Below, one piece after another: positions 51,285-64,000 of a stretch of DNA of 64,000 nucleotides; position 1 is the first letter of the stretch, and every line of letters starts with the position of its first letter. The notes beneath the pieces are model-generated. The model was not told the DNA's origin. It was given only the letters and a program-made list of their open reading frames with translations, and did not search any database. The stretch spans positions 200,818,001-200,882,000 of the forward strand of contig OX597814.1 of the NCBI GenBank assembly GCA_951406725.2, read 5' to 3'. This stretch comes from Octopus vulgaris (taxonomy: Eukaryota). Made by a program: the position numbers and the translations under genes.

Positions 51285-51962
51285 CTTTTCTGCTCTAGGC
51301 ACAAAGACTGAAATTTTTGGGGAGGAGAGCCAGTCGATTAGATCAAGCCCAGTATGCAACTGGTACTTAATTTATTGGCTCTGAAAGGATGAAAGGCAAA
51401 GTCGTCCTCAGTTGAATTTGAACTCAGAACATAAAGACAGAGGAAATACCTATTTCTTTACTACCCACAAGGGGCTAAACACAGAAGGGAGAAACAAGGA
51501 CAGCCAAATGGATTAAGTTGATTATATCGATCCAAGTGTGTAACTGGTACTTAATTTAATCGACCCCGAAAGGATGAAAGGCAAAGTTGATCTCGGCGGA
51601 ATTTGAACTCAGAACGTAAAGACAGATGAAATACCACATAGCATTTTGCTCAGCGTGTTAACGTTTCTGCCAGCTCACTGCCTTACAACCTTAATATTTT
51701 TTTGCTTTCTTTTACTTGTTTCAGTCATTTGAATGTGGCCATGTTGGAGCACAGGGGGCTAAACACATAGGGGACAAACAAGGACAGACAAAGGGATTAA
51801 GTCGACTACATCGATCCCAGTGCATAACTGGTACTTTATTTATCGACCCTGAAAGAATGAAAGGCAAAGTCAACCTCAGTGGAATTTGAACTCGGACTGT
51901 AAAGACAGACGAAATACTGCATTTTGCCTGGTGTGCTAACGTTTCTGCCAGCTCACTGCCTT
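51285..51962 (-). mobile_element. SINE B dimer (51285-51685) plus another SINE B (51755-51962)
   Basis: Dimer junction GAAATACC|TATTTC at 51450/51451. Confidence 0.85.
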
Positions 51963-52456
51963 AAGAATTTAAATAATTAAAAACAGACAAGAACATCCAC
52001 ATAATGATTAAATTATGATGAAAAGTTCATATTATTTGTTGCCTGTGTTTCACTCTTGTGGATAAATGCATTCTTTGTAGAGGATGGTTCAAATGCAATT
52101 GGATGCTGAATCAAGGAAGCAATACAAAAAAGTGTTCTACGTTTCTGCCGGTTTGCTGCCTTAGTAGTGTAATATATTGGTACATGAAGGTAGAACTGGA
52201 TTTTAATTTATGGTTCAAGACATTGAGTGTGTATCAACTGCTGTGTTTCAGATATGTGAGGAACCTCTATTCTACAAAGAACTTTTCTCACAGTCTTTAT
52301 AATCCTTTCTCGACAGGTAATTTTGCTGTAGTCAGGCTCTGTTTGAAACTTTAGGGGCCAGTGCCCCCATCCAGAGACAGCATAGACTGAGTAAGAATTT
52401 TGAAGATATAAAAAAAAATCTTTTTGTGTAGAAGATATATATATATATATATATAT

Positions 52457-52646
52457 AGGAGTGGCTGTGTGGTAAGTAATATATATATATATATATATAT
52501 ATATGCTTGCTTGTGGTAAGTAAACACATGGTTCCGGGTTCAGTCCCACTGCGTGGCACATTGGGCAAGTGTCTTCTACTGTAGCCTCGGGCCGACCAAA
52601 GCCTTGTGAATGGATTTGGTAGACAGAAACTGAAAGAAGCCTGTCG

Positions 52647-52709
<63 letters not shown>

Positions 52710-52925
52710 ATTTGTTTGTGTGTCTGTGTTTATCCCCCCATCATCGCTTGACAACCAATACTGGTGTGTTTATGTCCCCGTTGCTTAGCGGTTCAGCAAG
52801 AGAAACCGATAGAATAAGTACTAGGCTTACAAAGAATAAGTCCTAGGGTCGATTAGTTCGACTAAAGGTAGTGCTCCAGTATAGCCACAGTCAAATGACT
52901 GAAACAAATAAAAGAATAAAAGAAT
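52457..52925 (+). mobile_element. SINE family A, full length
   Basis: Homology to other copies. Confidence 0.9.
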
Positions 52926-53317
52926 ATATTAGAAAGTACACACTTCCTTAATACAACGACACACAAGTGAAAAGAACTTTTCGTTTATGGGGCAGAGTTT
53001 AGTGAGGTTATGTTAAATACAGGATGAGAAAAACCTGATTCCAGATACAATCTAAATGGTCCAAGTAATACAAAATAGGGATGCTATAATGAAGATTTGA
53101 TGATCTCATCATCATCATCATCATTTAATGTCTGTTTTCCACGCTGGCATGGATTGAACAGTTTTGACAGGAGCTGACCAGGCTAGGATCAGCACTAGGT
53201 TCTATAGTCTGTTTGGGCAGAGTTTCTTCAGTTTGATGCCTTCCCTAATGCCAACCACTTTACAGAGCCCACTGGGTGTTTTTTTAAGTGGCACAATCAT
53301 TAATGATTTCCTATATT

Positions 53318-53712
53318 AAGGTGGTGAGCTGGCAGAAACGTTAGCATGCTGGGCGAAATGCTTAGCGGTATTTCATCTGCTGTTACGTTCTGAGTTCAAA
53401 TTCCGCTGAGGTCGACTTTGCCTTTCATCCTTTCGGGGTCGATAAAAGTACCGGTTATGCACTGGGGGTGATGTAATTGACTTAATCCGTTTGTCTGTCC
53501 TTGTTTGTCCCCTCTGTGTTTAGCCCCTTGTGGGTAGTAAAGAAATAGGTATTTCATTTGCCGTTACGTTCTGAGTTCAAATTCCGTCGAGGTCGACTTT
53601 GCCTTTCATCCTTTCGGGGTCAATAAATTAAGCACCAGTTACACACTGGAATCGATATAATCCGTTTGTTTGTCCCCTCTGTGTGTAGTCCTTTGTGGGT
53701 AGTAAAGAAATA
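53318..53712 (+). mobile_element. SINE B head-sharing dimer
   Basis: Junction AAAGAAATA|GGTATTTC at 53547/53548. Confidence 0.88.
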
Positions 53713-53839
53713 ACAATCATTAGTATTTTGTTAGTTGAAAAGGTTGTCTCCAGAAAAATGGAAAATCCATAAATAAGGGCCAGTTCCAGTTCCAAACTTG
53801 CCAGATATTTGCTCCAGCTTTGTATTTATCTTTCAGCTT

Positions 53840-54089
53840 GTATCCTTTGCTTGTTTCAATCATTAGACTGTGGCCATGCTGGGGCTGCAGTCTAATGACT
53901 GAAACAATGTCTAATGAAGAATTTATAGTTGAATGAATCAACCCCATTAATTATTTTTGTTTTAAATCTCGCACTTATTCTGTTGGTCTCTTTTGCTGAA
54001 CCACTAGGTCATGGGGAATGCAACAAACACACCAGCATTGGTTGTAAAGCAGTGGAGTAGAGACAAACACGAACAAACACACTCACTCA

Positions 54090-54141
<52 letters not shown>

Positions 54142-54308
54142 TATATATATGATAGACTTCTTTCAGTTTCCAATCTGCCAAATCAACTCACAGGGCTTTG
54201 GTTGGCCCAAAGCTATAGTAGAAGACATTTGCTGACGGTGCCATGCAGTGAGACTGAACCCAGAACCATGTGATTGCAAAGAAAACCTTTTACCACACAG
54301 CCACACCT
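53840..54308 (-). mobile_element. SINE family A
   Basis: Homology to other copies. Confidence 0.8.
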
Positions 54309-54699
54309 TTAAATATGTTCTTGAGATGTAAGAGTATGATAAGGCTGGTCGTGTTTTGAAATGTTATTCTTTGATATTTCGGAATGTTCCCAGATTGGTG
54401 GATTCTCATTGGTGGAAATACCATTAAATTAAAGAACTTCACTTAAATTGTGCTTGGAAAAATGTTTCTTACAAATGGAATGTATTTATTGGTCTATAAG
54501 AATGAGCATGAAAATGCGGCTTGATAAAATTGCTATCACATGTTTGTCATTCTGGATTAGTCTTGATATATTTTACCTAAAGGTAAAGAAATAACTGTAA
54601 GAACCGTTGCTATAGTAACTAACAGAACACTATTGAAAAGAAATGAAGCATTAAGTAGATTGAATGAAGGAGGCGAAGAAGAAGAAGAAGGAGGAGAAG

Positions 54700-54779
<80 letters not shown>

Positions 54780-55607
54780 AGGAAAGCAAAGAATTCTTAG
54801 GATTTGCAAGATTTAATGAGATTTGTCACTGAGGTACTTTTCTTTTTTTTATTCTTCGCTCACGAAGAATAAAAATTTGAGTGGGTATAACATTCTTTCT
54901 CTAATATAGGAAACCGCAAGCCCCTTATTGAAACTGAACTTTGACAAAATAAACTTGTATGTTCGTTTTCAAATAAATTTTAACAAAGGTGAATGCAGCT
55001 AAAGCTGAAATAAGCTATTGTGTGCATGTCACTAAACTAAAACATTTTCCTTGAATTATGCCCCAAGAAAAAAATGTTACATCAAAATGGAATATATCTG
55101 AGTGTGTACATATAACAGACAATGGAGCATGATGAAAATTGTTAACGTATGTTAATTATTGTGAATTAGTAATGGTATATTTTACCTAAAGGTGTCTTTT
55201 TGTCTTTTATATGATGTATAAAATTCATTGTTGATGGATGTCAACCTTAGTTTAGTTTACACAGAGTAACTTCAAAAAAATATAAATTGCTGCGATATTC
55301 AGATGTAAATCAAACGCAGAATGAATGATATACTAAAGCAAAAAAAAATTTCAATAAAAAATTCCAATTTTATTGATTTTATTGGAAATAAGCAAATAAA
55401 ATTAAAATGAGTTAGCTGGAAAAAAAATAAAGAAAAAAGAAAAAAGAATGTAAATCAAAATACTTATAAGATGAGGAAGAAAAGAGGTGGGAAAGAGGAA
55501 GTTAACAGTCAAAATGAATAACTGAAATTTGTTGCTCTCGGAAAATAAAAGTTTATAGATACGTAATGGCTATCAGCGTGTAAGAGAGTTTATGGATTTT
55601 AGTACAC

Positions 55608-55638
<31 letters not shown>

Positions 55639-55757
55639 GTTTTATATGTTTTATATATATATATGTTTTATATGTTTTATATATATATATGTTTTATATG
55701 TTTTATATATATATATATATATATATTTTTAGTATATATGTTTTATAAGCATATATA

Positions 55758-55986
55758 TACTCTTTTACTCTTTTAATTGTTTCAGTCATTTGACTGCGGC
55801 CATGCTGGAGCACCGCCTTTAGTCGAGCAAATCGACCCCGGGACTTATTCTTTGTAAGCCCAGTACTTATTCTATCGGTCTCTTTTGCCGAACCGCTAAG
55901 TGACGGGGACGTAAACACACACCAGCATCGGTTGTCAAGCAATGCTAGGGGGACAAACACAGACACACAAACACACACACACATAC

Positions 55987-56039
<53 letters not shown>

Positions 56040-56190
56040 TACGACAGGCTTCTTTCAGTTTCCGTCTACCAAATCCACTCACAAGGCATTGGTTGGCCTG
56101 GGGCTATAGTAGAAGACACTTGCCCAAGATGCCACGCAGTGGGATTGAACCCAGAACCATGTGGTTGGTTAGCAAGCTACTTACCACACA
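55758..56190 (-). mobile_element. SINE family A, young copy
   Basis: CpG-rich, close to the in-window consensus. Confidence 0.9.
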
Positions 56191-56249
56191 TATATATATA
56201 TTAGTACATATGTTTCATAAGCATAATGCGTGACAAAGAATATATGTTT

Positions 56250-56280
<31 letters not shown>

Positions 56281-56284
56281 GTTT

Positions 56285-56329
<45 letters not shown>

Positions 56330-56594
56330 TAAAAACGGTAAGATAACAAAAGAAAGAAAGAGACCTCAATATTATGTAAATAGAGGAAATTTATCTGTAA
56401 ACATACATATATTTTAGTATATATGTTTTATAAGCATAATGCGTGACAAGGAAATTTCTAAATTATATTGTTGTGAATTAATTCTAGTTTTTAATTCTAC
56501 ACAAATCTTTAATATTTTAAGCTGTTGATGGGCTTCATATGAGGTCAGAATGAAGTTGAGTGGTTTTTATGATCTTTTGACATTTATATCTTAT

Positions 56595-57055
56595 TTTCTC
56601 TTTTACTTGTTTCAGTCATTGGACTGTGGCCATGCTGGAGCATTGCCTTAAAGAATTCTTAGTTGAATCAGTTCACCCCTCCCCCAGGACTTATTTTTTT
56701 TTAAAGCCTGGAACTTATTATATTGGCGTCTTTTGATGAACTGTGTGTGTAAGAATGTAAACAAACCAACACCATTTGTCAAGTGGTGGTGGGGGACAAA
56801 CTTGGACACAAACACACAATACACACACACACACACACACAATACACACATACACACACACACACACGCACACGCACACACACACACACACACACACATA
56901 CAACAGGCCTTTTTCAGTTTCCATTTACCAAATCCACTCATAAGGCTTTGGTTGGCCCAAGGCTATCATAGAAAACTCTTATCCAAAGTGCCACACAGTG
57001 GAATAGAACCTGGGAGCATGTGGTTGGGAAGAAAGCTTCTTACCACACAACCATG
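56595..57055 (-). mobile_element. SINE family A, decayed
   Basis: Homology to other copies. Confidence 0.8.
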
Positions 57056-57376
57056 CTTACACCTATTACATAAGTGAAATATAATGAAATACAGCATCAC
57101 CCCATGGATAAGAAATCCAGTTGACAGCCACAACGTATTTCTGGATTCAATTATAAAACATGGGTTTTGTAGGCAGGCAAGTATTTTCCACTGAAGTTTT
57201 GGGTTGCCCTATGTGCTGTCAGTGGAATCAGAAAATGTGAGGAAACCTGTCCTACATCATCATTACGAAGTTCCTGAAGTAAATCTATGGATAACAACAG
57301 GTAATTGAAACTGTGCCGGTGCTTTACTCATCATCCATTTATACATTTTGTACAATTTCTCCATTATATATATATT

Positions 57377-57418
<42 letters not shown>

Positions 57419-57442
57419 TATATATGCATATATATTTGTTTG

Positions 57443-57516
<74 letters not shown>

Positions 57517-57875
57517 CTAAGACTCCCTTCAGTCATGACTGACTATGGGATTGCACCTAGAAAGTTACCTTCCCAGGCACAAGTCTGAACAAGGTTGTTT
57601 ATGGAAGACCAGCAGTCGCCCATGCATACTGGCCTCCCCTCACCACGCCACCAGTGTTATCCAAGGAAAAGGCAAAGGCCGATACAGCTTGGCACCTGTA
57701 CCATGCGCCTTCACATAATATGTATACATATATATATATATATATGTATATATATATGCATATATATTTATGTATATGTGTATGTGAATATATATATAGA
57801 TATATATATATATTTATATATATATATTCCATTATTATTAGAGCTGAAAAAAAACATCATGAAAATATCACAAAA

Positions 57876-58045
57876 GACTGCTACTCAGAGTTTCATGTTC
57901 CCATTCGTTAGACATATTAGATTGAGAATCAACTGATTACCTAAATATCCCTATAAATGGTGGTCTTCATCACCAAATAATGAAACCTCTGAGTCTGACA
58001 TACTTCTCAATCTAAACAGTCTAACGAATGGAAAGGTGAAACTCA
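57876..58045. mobile_element. Inverted pair of decayed HHR-like motifs (Penelope-like remnant)
   Basis: 57888-57928 vs 58004-58044 inverted; minus strand CTAACGA-ATG-GGAA-CAT-GAA-ACTC-T-GAGT-A-GCAG. Confidence 0.5.
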
Positions 58046-58503
58046 CAACTTTAGTAGAAGAAAGCTGGAGAGAAACTGGCACCTATCTGGTACTAATTTT
58101 GAAACCGATACCAAGTTGACCAGTACTGCTTCTGCTGACCTAGCAGAGGTAAGACGTTTTTTAATGTTCACGAGAACTTTTTCCTACCATGCTTGTAGTA
58201 GATTTGTACCTATTCCATGGTGCAGAATTATTTTTGACTTCATTTTTAGTCATGTAGGTGCTCCTCATGTAATGCCTTCATGTGTGTGTGTCTGTCTGGC
58301 CTTTGACATGATAGATTACTAGCCACTAAACCTTTTTCTATTTTCTCTCCCTGTTTATTTCTGTGTTTCTTTCTGTCAAAGAGCATAGGCTCAAAATGTA
58401 AAAGACTTTCTCACTTCTTGAGCGTTAAACTAATACATCTGTTTGTTATTTACACACCCATCTTCGTCTTCTGTTTTTTGTAAATTGTCTCTCTCTTTCT
58501 CTT

Positions 58504-58534
<31 letters not shown>

Positions 58535-58769
58535 CTTATATATATATAAGATATATACACATCATATTTTGCATGTATATATTCTATTAATTTGCCTGTA
58601 TGGATTATAACTCATTTGCCGCACGCAATGGTATTTTAATAATACCATCCCTTCTGATATATATACATATATATATACATATATCTATATGCACATGTAT
58701 ACACACACCACACACATATATATATATATACATACACATATATATATATATACATATATATATATATGT

Positions 58770-59086
58770 TACCGGTGGCACGTAAAGAGCACCATCCGTC
58801 CGTGGCCGTTTGCCAGCCTCGCCTGGCCCCCGTTCCGGTGGCACGTAAAAAGCACCATCCGTCCATGGCCGTTTGCCAGCTCCATCTGGCACCTGTGCGG
58901 GTGGCACGTAAAAAGCACCCACTACACTCACGGAGTGGTTGGCGTTAGGAAGGGCATCCAGAAACACTGCCAGATCAGACTGGAGCCTGGTGCAGCCTAC
59001 TGGCTCCCCACACCTCGGTCGAACCGTCCAACCCATGCTAGCATGGAAAACGGACGCTAAATGATGATGATGATGATGATGATGAT
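58770..59086 (+). mobile_element. RTE 3' UTR fragment, young
   Basis: Three GGTGGCACGTAAA(A/G)AGCACC units, conserved terminus, (GAT)n. Confidence 0.85.
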
Positions 59087-59121
59087 ATATATATATATAC
59101 ACACATATCTATATGCACATG

Positions 59122-59169
<48 letters not shown>

Positions 59170-59188
59170 CACATATATATATACATAC

Positions 59189-59226
<38 letters not shown>

Positions 59227-59920
59227 ATGATTAGATCAGTGGATACTTTTTTCTATATGTATATATATATTAATACTACCACTCTTGATAGTCTGGTTGA
59301 AATTTGTGCTTTTTACAGAAATTGAGCAATGCATAGATATTTATTACTGAACATTGATAAATTTTATTTTTCAGATGTGAAAGACAAGAAAGAAAGAGAA
59401 TATGGATTTGCAACTGTTACTAGAAACCAGTTTTGAAATTGTAGAGCTTCATATAATTCCTGATAGTTGCATTAATACTCTGGCTCTGAAGAATTAAATA
59501 AAATGTGAATGAAACCTATTATACTGACTAAAGCTTCCTTTACACACAAGTGTTGTTTGTTAGAGTGAATGTATTAAAGGAAATATTATGGAGATTAGCT
59601 TCTGGGTTTTCAATGATTTAATTGTCTGTTAAAGAATAAGCATTGTAAATTGGTAAAGGTTTAGGTGCAGGTATCACTGTGTGATACTGCGATTCAAATT
59701 CCCAATTACGTTAGTTTTGGGTTCAGTTGCACTGCATGGAACCTCGGGCAAGAGTCTTCTGCTATGGCTCTGGGCCAACCAAAGCCTCGTTAGTGGATTT
59801 GGTAGAGGGAAACCTGCAAGAAGCCCATATATATATTTGTATAGTAAATAGATTTGGGCATTTTTAACCAGGATGAAATCTGTTGTATGGCCAGGTTTAC
59901 TAATACATAAGGATGTGTGT

Positions 59921-60296
59921 TATTACTTCCACTTTAGCGAAGGCGGGAGTATTGTTTTCAGTTGTGTTTGTTTGTTTGTTTGTCCATGGACAAGATATCT
60001 CAGAACTGCAGCATGGATTTGATCGAAACTTTCAGGGATGTTTGGCCTTGTGACTGACACAAACTGATTAGATTTTGGGATCGATCTGGTACCGGACAAG
60101 GATTCTGGATTATTTATCCTGTTTTTTTTTTTTACTTAATTTTTGAGAGTGGTTGGGTTCATTTTCAGTATTCTCATTTGTGAGAGCAGTCAAGTTCATT
60201 TCAGATATTCTCATTTTAAAAATCACCTCTGGCTAATCGTTGAGAGGACGTTGGTGTTGCCTTGGCGGAGGTTTGTGCTCTCTGAGTCCTCTTGTT
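59921..60296 (+). mobile_element. Helentron-associated non-autonomous element (HINE/DINE-1-like)
   Basis: 5' TTACTTCCACTTTAGCGAAGGCGGGAGT hairpin/subTIR, (GTTT)n, 3' CCTTGGCGGAGGT subTIR plus stem-loop and CTTGTT end. Confidence 0.75.
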
Positions 60297-60329
60297 AACT
60301 AAGGATTCTTTGATGCATAAGATTTCCTT

Positions 60330-60769
60330 AAATTCGAAATTTAAAATTTTATTGCAGTAGGATTTTGGTACCAATATTATGTACCATTGAGGGTAGGAAA
60401 CAGAAGGGGGCCACCGTAAAAAATACTATGAAAATGACCGTTAAACAAAGGGAAATTACTGTGTGATTGACCATTATTAAGACAAAAGAGCAATTAGAAT
60501 GACCGCTAAGTAAGGGAGGGAGTAAAAGTACGGGAGTAAAAATTCATGGCAATCGTGTAAGTGCGCATGTCCATACATACATTTTTTTCAATGGCCCGAT
60601 AACTGAAGAGATGCCGGCATGGGTTTCTGCCCCAAAATCCGAAACTCGGAGTTTATCATGGCTACCAAATAATTGTCACATATTATATTTACAGATAAAT
60701 TCCTCTATTTACATAATATCAAGGTCTGTTTCATTCTTTTGTTGTCTTACCATTTCTATCAATATATCA

Positions 60770-60770
<1 letters not shown>
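60330..60770 (+). mobile_element. Penelope-like pLTR fragment with HHR-like motif at 60598-60657
   Basis: GATAA-CTGAAGA-G...C-GAA-ACTC-G-GAGT-TTATC; 60688-60765 has an inverted paralog at 56325-56400. Confidence 0.55.
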
Positions 60771-60802
<32 letters not shown>

Positions 60803-60809
60803 CTTATAT

Positions 60810-60963
60810 AGGTGCAGGAGTGGCTGTGTGGTAAGTAGCTTGCTTACCAACCACATGGTCCTGGGTTCAGTCCCACTTGCGTAGCACCTTGGGCAAGTGT
60901 CTTCTATTATAGCCTTGTGAGTGGATTTGGTAGAAAGAAACTGGAAGAAGCCCGTCATATATG

Positions 60964-61010
<47 letters not shown>

Positions 61011-61225
61011 TTGTGTGTCTGTGTTTCTTCCCCCCCCCAACATCGCTTGACAACCAATGCTCGTGTGCTTACATCCCCCGTAACTTAGCGGTTTGGCAAA
61101 AGAGACCCATAGAATAAGTACTAGGCTTACAAGGAATAAGCTCTGGGGTCAATTTGCTTGACTAAAGGTGGTGCTCCAGCATGGCCACAGCCAAATGACT
61201 GAAACAAGTAAAAGAGTAAAAGAGT
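60810..61225 (+). mobile_element. SINE family A
   Basis: Homology to other copies. Confidence 0.9.
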
Positions 61226-61440
61226 ATATGTTTGTATATATGTGATTATTTGTGTGTGGATCAGTGCATGTTTGGGTCAATGAATGTGTGTATATGAAAA
61301 TGTGCAGTTTATGTGACGTTTCTCAAGCCTCTTTACATTTAAATGCCATATTTCACCTGTAGCAATGTGACTGCTCTTTCTTTTCCCTTTATATTATATT
61401 AAGTTGCAATAGAAGCTTACTCTTGCTGCTCTCTCTACAG

Positions 61441-61473
61441 GCAAGCATTTGCTTTTAGACCTTCACTTGAAAT
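61441..61473 (+). CDS. Candidate 33-nt microexon
   Basis: CTTAC branch-like motif + TCTTGCTGCTCTCTCTACAG acceptor, AT|GTAAGT donor, length divisible by 3, two frames open. Confidence 0.35.
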
Positions 61474-61788
61474 GTAAGTGAACTGCTGGATGTTGTTCAG
61501 GAGGCTGATATTGAGAAATAACTTTTGTTTGTTTGCAACAAGTAAATAATTGAAATTTGATGTCGTATAAATATTGACATCATAAAATTTATACACACAC
61601 ACATATATACACGCACAAATATGTATGTCTGTATATATATATATATATATATATATAAGTATATATGTGTGTGTCTGTGTGTATACACATATATATATTT
61701 ATATACATATATATACATACATACACATATATATGTATTCATATGTATGTGTCTGTGTGTATATATTCACACATTCATTCACATATTC

Positions 61789-61837
<49 letters not shown>

Positions 61838-61854
61838 TACATATATATACACAT

Positions 61855-62098
61855 GAGGCGCAATGGCCTAGAGGTTAGGGCAGCGGACTTGCGGTCGGAG
61901 GATCGCGGTTTCGATTCCCAGACCGGGCGTTGTGTGTGTTTATTGTGCGAAAACACCTAAAAGCTCCACGAGGCTCCGGCAGGGATGGTGGTGGTGATCC
62001 CTGCTGTACTCTTTCACCACTCTAAAAGGCGGTGCTCCAGCATGGCCGCAGTCAAATGACTGAAACAAGTACAAAAAAAAAAAAAAAAAAAAAAAAAA
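61855..62098 (+). mobile_element. SINE D head/body fused to SINE A tail with poly(A)
   Basis: tRNA-like head GAGGCGCAATGGCCTAGAGGTTAGGGCAGCGG...GGTTTCGATTCCC; switches at ~62024 to AAAGGCGGTGCTCCAGCATGGCCGCAG. Confidence 0.8.
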
Positions 62099-62152
62099 TA
62101 TATACACACACATTTATACACATATATATATTTATATTCACATATTCATAAA

Positions 62153-62200
<48 letters not shown>

Positions 62201-62284
62201 TACATATATATACACATACAAACATATATATATACACACACATCTATACACATATATATATTTATATGTATGTGTATGTATATA

Positions 62285-63725
62285 CAGTTGCAGCCAAAAT
62301 GTTCAGAACGGCATGGTTTTCTTCAGAAAAGTAAATATAAGTTTTTATCAAAGTAGTTTTATATACTATAATTTTCACAGACAATAAATACAATATTAAT
62401 TGTTATTGTCTGAGATTTTGGTGTAATTTGAGAGGATAATACAAAAGTTATGGATGATTTAGTGATTTACTGCAAAACCCATGGCGGTCAAAATGATCAG
62501 AACGGTTGAAAAAATAACAAAATAATCAAAAATGACAGAGAATACTGGAATTATTTAATATTTAGTGTGAAGCCCTTTAGCTTCAATCACACTCTGACAT
62601 CTTTGACTGCATGAGGAAATTAAATTTTCAATTTCTTGCTGGGTGATCTTATTCCATTCTTCCTGAAGGGCATTCCATAATTGCTCAGTTGTTTTAGGAT
62701 TTCTGGCTTTTGAACGTTCTCCTAGAATATTCCATACATTTTCAATAGGATTGAGATCTGGGCTTTGAGCAGGCCAATCCATAACAATAACCTTTTCAGC
62801 CTTGAGGAAGTTCATGACCACCTTAGCCTTGTGACATGAGGCATTGTCCTGCATGAATATGGGTGGTTGCTTAGTTGAATTTCTCAGCACAGGCAAGACA
62901 TGATCTTTTACAAGTTGTTTATAAACTCCTGCATCCTGCATTTACCATTCCATGTAATCGCACCAAAGGGCCCACAACATCTCCAGATATCATCCCCCAA
63001 ACCATGACACTTCCTCCACCGAATTTAACACTAGTCTTAAGGCATTTAGGCGACAATTTTTCACCTACTTTTCTACGAATGTACCTTTTCCCATCTGAGC
63101 CAAATAACATAAACTTAGATTCATCACTGAAATGCACCGTTTGCCATTTTTCTTGAGACCACAACACATGTTCGGTTGTAAAGGTGAGATGACACTTTTT
63201 ATTCTTGGAGCTGATCAGTGGCTTCACTGCAGGTGCTCTTGCTTGTAGGTCATGTTCAACTAAATGACGAGACACAGTTTTTCGAGATAAAGTTTTCTTC
63301 AATACAATGCTCATTTTCCGAGAAACGGCAGCAGCAGTTTTAAATCTGTCCTTTTTAACCAACTTTACCATAGCACGATCTTCTCTCTTGGTCGTTTTTC
63401 TTGGCCTACCTGTAACTTTCTTGCTTCACACAAACCACAATCATCGTAGACCTTAAGAATACCGTTTACAACACTTTTTGACTTGTTAACAATCTTTGCA
63501 ATAGATCCAATACTTAAATTATCCTTCCTTCGAAGCTTAATAATCTGCTGACGAATTGGTAATGGAGTAAGTGGCATTATATTAACAAAGTACACTGCAA
63601 ATATTCTTACTAATGTTTAGTAAACGAACCGTCATGTAAACAAATTCAAAACATTAGAGTTCGCTGGTTAAATATACTAAAACATGGAGTAAAAGCAACC
63701 GTTCTGATCGTTTTGGCCGCCACTA
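62285..63725 (-). mobile_element. Tc1-like DNA transposon in (TA)n
   Basis: Imperfect TIRs CAGTTGCAGCCAAAATGTTCAGAACGG / CCGTTCTGATCGTTTTGGCCGCCACT; TA flanks. Confidence 0.9.
62555..63577 (-). pseudogene. Tc1 DD34E transposase with two frameshifts
   Basis: FSDESKF, KFGGGSVMVWG, MQDNASCH, WPAQSPDLNPIENVW (34 residues between D and E). Confidence 0.92.
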
Positions 63726-63797
63726 TATATGTATATATAAACATACATGTTTATATATATATATATATGTATGTATATATATGTATATGTACATATA

Positions 63798-63837
<40 letters not shown>

Positions 63838-63869
63838 CAAATGATATATCAGAAAGCAGGGGTTAAGTG

Positions 63870-64000
63870 ACCCATCCGTTCGTGTCCACTGTCAGCCTCA
63901 TCTGGCACCCGTGCCGGTGATACGTAAAAGCACCATTCGCTCGTGGCCGTTTGCCAGCTCTGCCTGGCCCCGTGTCGGTGGCACGTAAAAGCACCATCCG
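63870..64000 (+). mobile_element. RTE 3' UTR units (runs off the window)
   Basis: Same units as 58770. Confidence 0.75.

Noticed and set aside
58370-58410. HHR-like GAGC-ATAG-GCTC hairpin
   Set aside because: Both core segments are mutated (no CTGANGA, no GAAA); not supportable from this copy
47516-59460. Other AG/GT-bounded segments (~47516-47563, ~52252-52316, ~59375 onward)
   Set aside because: Short, no recognisable peptide, and not phase-compatible with the candidate chain

Overview
AT-rich, repeat-saturated eukaryotic (animal) intronic/intergenic DNA; the SINE families and microsatellite load look like octopus/coleoid cephalopod (inference, not verified). No confidently identifiable host gene: nearly all ORF-track entries are microsatellite or SINE artefacts, and I found only four weak, phase-compatible exon candidates on the + strand. 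Supported features: a full-length decayed mariner (DD34D) and a Tc1 (DD34E); fragments of RTE, R4/Dong-type and HERO-type LINEs; piggyBac-, hAT-, Helitron- and Helentron-type non-autonomous elements; and several tRNA-derived SINE families. The most interesting signal is a dense set of minimal type-I hammerhead-ribozyme (HHR)-like motifs from several unrelated sequence families, mostly inside long inverted repeats (Penelope-like pseudo-LTR remnants). One family (3 copies) has a tRNA-like Pol III head + (TAA)n + HHR and looks like a retrozyme/SINE hybrid. Also notable: a 27-bp minisatellite amplified from a LINE endonuclease-coding segment, and a SINE that repeatedly joins at the same GGTA site within its own head. 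Coordinates were read by eye; repeat boundaries are approximate.
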